The translations under genes were made by a program, and so were the position numbers. Of a DNA stretch of 64,000 bases, positions 57,401 through 64,000 are shown piece by piece (position 1 is the stretch's first letter; every line of letters begins with the position of its first letter). Source of the DNA: an uncultured Lentisphaerales bacterium (GTDB lineage Bacteria > Verrucomicrobiota > Lentisphaeria > JABSQK01 > UBA12247); the NCBI GenBank assembly GCA_943788985.1, contig CALSSJ010000005.1, positions 144,066-208,065 of the forward strand, read 5' to 3'. The notes beneath the pieces are model-generated. The model ran no database searches and was not told the origin of the DNA. It saw nothing but the letters and a program-made list of their open reading frames with translations.

Positions 57401-59254
57401 ATGCTGCCCTTTACTCGACGATTCCTGCGTGAGTACATGCCTGGTAAAGGCAAGTACTACTTCTGGGGACTGTTGTTTCTGGTTTTGACAATCCTGGTGA
57501 CAACGGCGATCCCGCGCTCGATTCATGCTGCAATCGAACTGCTGGATGGCACCAACGGTTCGCTTACCGATGCCGAGGGAAAGCGCATGCAGGGCATTGG
57601 CTGGAAGATCGCCGCAATGGGGCTTTCCTTGGTGCTCTTCCGCACGCTTTCGCGGGTTATTATCTTTATTCCGGGGCGAGTTGCCGAGGCAGAAGTGCGC
57701 CAAGACTTTTTCGAGGCGGCCACCAAGCTCTCCTCGGAAGATATGGTGAACCTGTCGACCGGCGACCTGGTGAGTCGTGCGACCAACGACATCGGTGCCG
57801 TGCGGGTTTTGCTCTCCATGGGAGTTCTGCACATCACCAATAGCATCATGATGACGCTGTTCTGTGGTTGGCATATGGTGCGGATTGACGGCAAACTTAC
57901 CCTAATCTGCTTGCTGCTCGTTCCAGTGATCACGCAAGTTATGAGGGTGCTCTCCAAGATGGCCTGGGAGCGAATCCGCACGGCAACGGAAAGCCTGGGC
58001 GTGCTGACAAATACGATCCGAGAGCTGCTGCGTGCCCATACGCTTCTAGGTATCTACCCGGTATTCGACCGGGTCTTTTCCCGATTCCAAAAAGATAATG
58101 AGCTATATGGCAAACATCAGGAGCGAGCAGCCGCCCTCCGGGTTGTCGCCTTTAACCTTTCTGCGACAATGGCTGGCGTTGCTGTGTTTGTGGCGCTTTA
58201 TGTAGGCGGGCCATGGGTGATTGAGGGCAGGATGGCACTGGCAGATTTCATTGAGTTCACGATCTATCTCGGGTTGATTCAGGAGCCACTGCGAGCCAGT
58301 GGGTTTCTCATCTCTATCTTCCAGCGTGGAGAAATCTGCTTGGCGCGCAACTATGAGATTCGGGAGTTGGCCGCATCTCGGGAAGCTGCAGAGTCCGCAA
58401 AACCTGTGGCGACTCGCGAAGCCTTTGATAGCTTTGCAGATCTGAGCAAGCCGTTTCTGGAAGTGCGAGACCTGCGCTGGCAATATCCAGTCGTGCACGG
58501 CGACAAGAAGAGCCTGGAGCCCTTTATCTTGGACGTGGATGAGTTGACCCTGGAAGCAGGTAAGTCATACGGTATATTTGGCGCGACCGGAGCTGGTAAG
58601 ACGACACTTCTACAACTCTTGACGGGGGTGATTCCCACCCCGGCTGGAACCTGCACGCTGCATGGTATGGATTTGGCCCAAATCTCCCAAGATCTGGTCT
58701 ATCGACAGTATGCTGTCGTGGCTCAGGATAATCGTCACTTCGATAAGACGATTCAATACAATCTCGACCTCGTGCGCATGAACCAGGAATTTGAAGATGG
58801 CTGGCCGGCGCCAGCGACTGACTTTGATACCGCCGTGGAGGTGAGCCAGATTGGCCCTGAGATTGCGGGCTTTCAAGAGGGCTATGAAACGTTGATTGGC
58901 GAGGATGGCGTCAGGCTTTCCGGCGGCCAGCGCCAACGCCTTGCTCTGTTTCGGGCATTGCTTAAGCCGCGTCGCGCGCTCATTCTGGATGATATCGTGT
59001 CAGCGGTAGACCATGAAACTGAGTCGCGGCTGTTACGAGAGCTGTTTGCGGCAGTGCGGAATGAGACGCTGGTGATTGTGTCTCATCGAATCTCCGCCCT
59101 GAAGCCCTGTGACTGTATCTTCGTGCTGGAAGCGGGCAGGATTGTGGATCGGGGAAGTCATGAGGAACTGTTGGTTCGCCACGCCGGGTATCGCCAGACC
59201 AATGAGTATCAGGTGCTGGAGCAGCAGGTGGAGGCGTATGCCGATGGCATCTGA
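57401..59254 (+). CDS. ABC exporter, permease + ATP-binding (MdlA-like half)
   Basis: TMD with TGDLVSRATND; GATGAGKT, LSGGQRQR, degenerate Walker B ILDD. Confidence 0.92.
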   Translation: MLPFTRRFLREYMPGKGKYYFWGLLFLVLTILVTTAIPRSIHAAIELLDGTNGSLTDAEGKRMQGIGWKIAAMGLSLVLFRTLSRVIIFIPGRVAEAEVRQDFFEAATKLSSEDMVNLSTGDLVSRATNDIGAVRVLLSMGVLHITNSIMMTLFCGWHMVRIDGKLTLICLLLVPVITQVMRVLSKMAWERIRTATESLGVLTNTIRELLRAHTLLGIYPVFDRVFSRFQKDNELYGKHQERAAALRVVAFNLSATMAGVAVFVALYVGGPWVIEGRMALADFIEFTIYLGLIQEPLRASGFLISIFQRGEICLARNYEIRELAASREAAESAKPVATREAFDSFADLSKPFLEVRDLRWQYPVVHGDKKSLEPFILDVDELTLEAGKSYGIFGATGAGKTTLLQLLTGVIPTPAGTCTLHGMDLAQISQDLVYRQYAVVAQDNRHFDKTIQYNLDLVRMNQEFEDGWPAPATDFDTAVEVSQIGPEIAGFQEGYETLIGEDGVRLSGGQRQRLALFRALLKPRRALILDDIVSAVDHETESRLLRELFAAVRNETLVIVSHRISALKPCDCIFVLEAGRIVDRGSHEELLVRHAGYRQTNEYQVLEQQVEAYADGI

Positions 59255-60989
59255 CCGCAAGCTGACCGCCTTCTTCCTGGGCTTTGCCGCGCGGCATAAG
59301 TGGCGCTTTCTGCTCTCCGTGTTGGCGATGCCCATCTATGCCTACTTGGTTGCAGAAGCACCAAACGTGATGCGACGGGCGATTGATGACGGGATTATGG
59401 CCGGAGACCGCGCGGCCACGATTCGCCACTCGCTTGTCTACTTGGGCTGCATGGTGGGAGGCGCACTGGGGCTGGTCGCACAGCACTGGTTTATGCAGTC
59501 GGGCGGAATTCGTACGTTGACTCACATGCGTGAGGCCGTCATGCGCCATATTCTGGGCCTAGGCCGGGCCGAGTACGACAAGCGGCCGCTCGGGGTTTAC
59601 GTCAGCCGGTCAACGTCCGACGTGGAAGCAATCGGCGAGACGATGACTGCCGGGCTTACGAATCTGATTGCCGATACGCTGCTGATCGTGTTTATTTTTG
59701 TGAACATGGTGGCGATCGACCGGAAGCTGGGACTGATGACGCTGGTGATTGTCCCCGTCGTCGTTGTGGTGGTGGATATTTTCCGGCGCATCCTGCGCCC
59801 GCTGTACGACCGGATTCGCACCGTGAATGGGACGTTGACCTCGCAGATCAATGAGGTCTTGGGCATGCATGGCGTGATTCGGAGCTTTCACCTGCAGGGC
59901 GCGTTCAATCGGCTCTTTCGTGAGGATAACGATGAGTATCGGGACACGAACATCAAGGCAGTAAGCTATGATGCGGCGGTGTTTTCTATCTTGGAGGGCT
60001 TGTCGTTTGTTGCCATCGGCGGGGTCCTTCTGTATATCGCGGTGCGCGCGACTGGGACGGAGAAGGCCTTGCAACTGGGGGCGGTCGTGGCCTTCATCCA
60101 ATGGCTGCAAATGCTATTTCCCCCGTTGAAACAGATGGGGGCGCGGTTCGCTATCTTGCAGTCGGCGCTAGCCGCAGTCAGCAAGCTTGAGACCGTGATG
60201 CAGATTCCGCTGCCGGTAGATGAAGGCACGAAATCTCCGGAGAATTTGAATCTCACAGTTCGAGATCTGACCTTCGCCTATAATAAGGAACAACCGGTTC
60301 TCAAAAACGTAGCCTTGGAGGTGCCCGCCGGGAAGAGTCTGGCTGTGGTCGGTCCCACCGGCTCTGGGAAGTCTACGCTCATTCGGTTGATTGTGCGGCA
60401 GTTTGACCTGAATCCGGGCGGCGGCGAGATCTTGCTGGGAGGGACGGACCTGCGTGAGATCTTACGGGAGGACCTGCGAAAGAAGATCGTGTTGATCCCC
60501 CAAGAACCGTCCATCTTCGAGGAAACCGTACGGTACAATATCTCGCTGGACCGCCCGGAGGTGACCATGGAACGTATCGAGTCCATCTGCCGCAAGATTC
60601 GGGCGCATGACTTTATTCAACACCTTCCGCATGGCTACGATACCGTGATCGCAGGAGAGGGGGCCAATCTTTCCATGGGCCAACGGCAGTTGATCGCCAT
60701 GGCACGCGCCCTGGCAACCGATGCCCAGATTTTGATTTTCGATGAGGCGACTGCCAACATCGATACCGAGACCGAGCGCCTGATTCAGGAAGCCCTGGAC
60801 TATGTGATGGCAACTCGGACCACCATCCTGATCGCCCACCGACTCTCCACGATCCGCGACGCCGACCAGATCCTGGTGCTCAATCATGGCGAAATTATGG
60901 AGCGCGGTACGCATGACGCGTTGATGACGCGTCCTGGGCTTTATCGCAGGATGTACGAGCTCCAAAGGCACGCGATTCCTGATCAGTAG
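59238..60989 (+). CDS. ABC exporter, permease + ATP-binding (MdlB-like half)
   Basis: TMD; GPTGSGKS, LSMGQRQ, IFDEAT, IAHRLST. Start at ATG 59238 or 59244. Confidence 0.93.
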   Translation: MPMASDRKLTAFFLGFAARHKWRFLLSVLAMPIYAYLVAEAPNVMRRAIDDGIMAGDRAATIRHSLVYLGCMVGGALGLVAQHWFMQSGGIRTLTHMREAVMRHILGLGRAEYDKRPLGVYVSRSTSDVEAIGETMTAGLTNLIADTLLIVFIFVNMVAIDRKLGLMTLVIVPVVVVVVDIFRRILRPLYDRIRTVNGTLTSQINEVLGMHGVIRSFHLQGAFNRLFREDNDEYRDTNIKAVSYDAAVFSILEGLSFVAIGGVLLYIAVRATGTEKALQLGAVVAFIQWLQMLFPPLKQMGARFAILQSALAAVSKLETVMQIPLPVDEGTKSPENLNLTVRDLTFAYNKEQPVLKNVALEVPAGKSLAVVGPTGSGKSTLIRLIVRQFDLNPGGGEILLGGTDLREILREDLRKKIVLIPQEPSIFEETVRYNISLDRPEVTMERIESICRKIRAHDFIQHLPHGYDTVIAGEGANLSMGQRQLIAMARALATDAQILIFDEATANIDTETERLIQEALDYVMATRTTILIAHRLSTIRDADQILVLNHGEIMERGTHDALMTRPGLYRRMYELQRHAIPDQ

Positions 60990-61336
60990 ACGGAATCGCG
61001 CAAGTTGTGTGCTTGTTTCTGCGTGATATTTGCGCAGCGAGTGGGTATATCTGAGCGAGAAATGCTGGCTCAATTAACCGTGTGGATAAAATTTCTCTGA
61101 AAATTGGTTGCGAAGCGCAGGCGACTCGCTAATTTATTCGACATAATTGTCGTTTGGTCTGTCGCTGTGTTCTTGCTCAGTCAGCCAAACCTGCAACATC
61201 AACGACGTCAACAACAACAAAAAGGGAGGACGAGGCAACAGAGGACGTACGACCGTTTGGTCATGCTGACCCAACCCGCAATTCTTTTTTTGCGCACAGT
61301 CTTTTCAAATCAAGTCACATCAGGACGATTGACACC

Positions 61337-62631
61337 ATGAAACACATCGCTATCGCAACACTCGCCGCACTGCTCATGACCGTGGGCGCACAGGCAAATG
61401 ACAACACCGATCTTATGCAACTGGTCCGCCAGCTGCAACAGCAAGTACAACAGCAGCAGTCGCAAATCGACCAGCTCACCAATGGCACCACCCAATCTCG
61501 CATCGCCGAGATGGTTGAAGTTGCTGTGGATGAGCGCATCGACACCGAAGGCTTCAGCGCACTCAAGGAAGTTGGTTCCGTAGTTACCCTCGAAGATGCC
61601 GACAGCCTGCATATCACTGGTGACCTTCTGCTGCAATATCAGCATGCTGATTTCGACACCGAGGATGGTAGCTTCGATGGTGATTTCCGCTATCGGGTTC
61701 GTCTCGGCCTCGGATGGACCAAAGGCGACTGGGACGCAGCCATTGGCTTCGTCGGTGGTGCTGCCGACGGTCGTATGTCCGAAGATGTGTTCAATTCTGA
61801 CAGCGCCTTCCAGAATGACACTTTGAACTTGGACCACGCATATGCCACCCACAACTGGGATGGCTACACCCTGACACTCGGTAAGGCTGCAAATCCTTAC
61901 CACACCAGCAACATCTTCTGGGACAACGACCTGCGTTTCTCCGGTGTTACCGCTACCGCTGATCTTGAAGCTGCATTCGTCACCACTGGTGTTTACAACG
62001 TGCGCAACAACGGCTCCGGTGCTGACGAGACCTGGCTGTGGGCCGTGCAGGCTGGCACCCAGTTCGAGACTGAAGGCGCTGAAGGCGTTCTGGCCATCGG
62101 CTACTACCACTTCAACAACATCTCCCAGGTAATCAGCAAGGTATCCGGATTCGACACCTCCGACGCGTATCACGCGAACGAATTCAACGGCAACTACGAC
62201 CTCCAGATCCTGGACATCTTTGCTAGCGCAGAAGCTGACATGGGCGAAGCCACTGTTGGTGTTTTCGGCCAGTACGCACACAACTTCGGTGCTGATGGCA
62301 CTGACGGTCAGACTGGTCTCGATCCCGACGACAACAACACTGCTTGGGCTCTCGGCGGCAGAAGTCTCCGCTGGTGCTTTCACGATCGGCTACAGCTATG
62401 CTGACATCGAAGCTGACGCACTGCCTGCCGCACTCACTGACTACGACTTCACCCGTTTCGCCAATAATGGCGGCACAAACCGTAAAGGTCACATTGTTGG
62501 TCTCGGCTACGACGTCAACTCCAACATGTCCCTCGGCGCCAAGGGCTTCTTCACTGAAGCCTCTGAGAACGAAGGGGCACGGCGACCAGGAAGGCGATCT
62601 GTATCAGCTCGACGTCCTGTACAAGTTCTAA
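61337..62631 (+). CDS. Putative outer-membrane porin (Porin_5-like), two frameshifts
   Basis: Signal peptide, Gln-rich coiled coil, RYRVRLG, WDNDL, IEADA..DF..GTNRKG, C-terminal QLDVLYKF. Shifts near 62355 and 62580. Confidence 0.8.
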
Positions 62632-62677
62632 GACCCTCGTAAAAGCTTAGCTCGCAAGAGCTAGCCAATACGATGGC

Positions 62678-62715
62678 AAAGGGCCCGGTAGCAATTGCTG
62701 CCGGGCCTTTTTTTG
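62678..62715 (+). terminator. Rho-independent terminator after the porin
   Basis: ggcccggtagc-aatt-gctgccgggcc followed by T7. Confidence 0.85.
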
Positions 62716-62976
62716 TGCCCGGGTGGCTTGGTGATCACGGGCCGAATGCGGGCGCGCACGTTGCCTTCGGCCGGGCCTGCGGCGCTTGGACCAAAAGAAG
62801 CGGATACTCTGCCCAGGAGTACGCCCAACGTTGGAGTTCACAGCTTCCCGGGTTGCCGACGGGCGATCCCGTGCGAAAAAGGTACGTGGGAGTTCACCGC
62901 TTTAGCGACTAAACGGCACTCCGCTTCGGACCGTGAGAAACGGCCAGGCAGGCAGTTGAGCGCGCGAATGGATTTT

Positions 62977-63085
62977 GTCGGAGTACCGGCTTTAGCTGCC
63001 GGAGCGCCCGTTTTGGCGGCCGCTGGACAGAGGCTCCGCGGGATAAATCCCGTGAGCAACTTCCGGCTGAAGCCGGGACTCCGAC
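62977..63085. repeat. REP-like inverted pair
   Basis: gtcggagtaccggctttagc ... ccggctgaagccgggactccgac (about 20 bp complementary arms). Confidence 0.7.
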
Positions 63086-63520
63086 TCGGGGGCGCTTCTG
63101 AAGTCAAGTGGGGCATTTGTTTCCGGGGAGCTGTTTCCCACGCAGGATGTGGCACAGTTTCATGGCCTGTTAATTTAATCGCCCAATCGCGGTGAAAGCG
63201 CATACTCACCCTGGCCAGGGGCAACGCCTCTCAGCGTTCAACTCTGGGCTTTCAGCCCGCCAAAATCCGGGTTTAACCCAACAGGCCATGCTACATGTGG
63301 CGCACCCGGAGCCAACCTGTGAATGCCAATGGGTTGCGCGCGAACAAGGAGAGACGCACTGGGTTTCGCGGACTTCGCAGCCTTGCTGACACCCTTCTCT
63401 GGCCAAAATCGTGCCTGAGGCAATTGCACTTCTAGGGCCTCGCCTCGAATTGACGAAAGCGCTACGAACAGGTACAGTTTCTGCTTAATGAATTACGCTT
63501 CTGTCACCGGGATATATAGA

Positions 63521-64000
63521 ATGAAACGAATCACTGGTTTTCTACTGACCCTGCTTGCTGCCCTCACCCTTGCTGAGGGCCGGATCGGCCTGGTGTATGA
63601 AGTGCAGCACGGGGATACGCTGCAGAACGTTGCCGACCGATTCATCGGTGGCGACGCCGATAAAGTCCGCACCTACAATCAGCTGACAAATGACACCCTG
63701 GTTTTGGGCCAGCACGTGATTCTGCCTGGCGATGAGGATGCGTTGTCGGTTCTGGTCATCGACTGGGCCGCGGAGGTCGTCACCCGGGCAAAGGACAAAC
63801 ACCAAGCGCACAAGTATGCCGTGCCTGAATACAGGGGCGCTACCGAGGCGCTCGCTGCGTCGCGCTCCGCCTATGCGACCGGGGACTTCAGCCAGGCGAA
63901 TCGCCTAGCACAACTCGCACACGCCCGCGCGTTGCATGCGATTGAAGTGGCCGAGGAGAATGCCCGTCCACAACAAGCAGCAAGAGTCACCTTTGCGCGT
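63521..64000 (+). CDS. Secreted LysM-domain protein, 3' partial (not in the ORF track)
   Basis: My translation: MKRITGFLLTLLAALTLA..YEVQHGDTLQNVADRF...YNQL...LVLGQHVILP; open to the window end. Confidence 0.85.
   Translation, partial: MKRITGFLLTLLAALTLAEGRIGLVYEVQHGDTLQNVADRFIGGDADKVRTYNQLTNDTLVLGQHVILPGDEDALSVLVIDWAAEVVTRAKDKHQAHKYAVPEYRGATEALAASRSAYATGDFSQANRLAQLAHARALHAIEVAEENARPQQAARVTFAR

Noticed and set aside
1..64000. Genome-wide TAG reassignment or pyrrolysine use
   Set aside because: Many well-defined genes end at TAG at the expected length (e.g. ftsH 3324, queG 28198, MFS 35291, dacB 48842, ABC 60989), and no pyl genes or suppressor tRNA are visible here.

Overview
A 64 kb, GC-rich bacterial chromosomal window. 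Several features point to a PVC-superphylum organism, most likely Lentisphaerota (inference): prepilin/H-X9-DG proteins lacking the -1 Gly, a ThuA-cytochrome c/beta-propeller locus, lpxA and peptidoglycan genes. Housekeeping and envelope genes: ribF, ftsH, mrdA, queD, an amidase, murC, fucI, leuS, lpxA, queG, an orphan ftsQ-like gene, dacB, a cation-chloride cotransporter, an MdlAB-like ABC exporter pair and a porin. I saw no rRNA, tRNA, CRISPR array or intact transposase. Several genes carry single-base frameshifts, often at homopolymers, which suggests assembly indels. Best candidates for new biology: (1) a tightly coupled four-gene type VII/ESX-like operon at 51.2-56.9 kb (DUF4132-like ORF, WXG100-like ORF, three-domain FtsK/EccC-like ATPase, S8 protease) in a diderm host; (2) a 325-codon PqqD-like/TM/cNMP-binding gene at 8.7-9.7 kb that stays in one frame but has five internal stops (4 TAG, 1 TGA) and is largely missed by the ORF track; (3) a zinc-ribbon Hanks pseudokinase that has lost every catalytic motif; (4) three copies of a ~105 bp heptad-built palindromic element plus other orphan heptamer/nonamer palindromes; (5) two decayed copies of an unidentified gene; (6) a putative sigma54-driven unit of a small peptide and a giant pilin-like Calx-beta protein.
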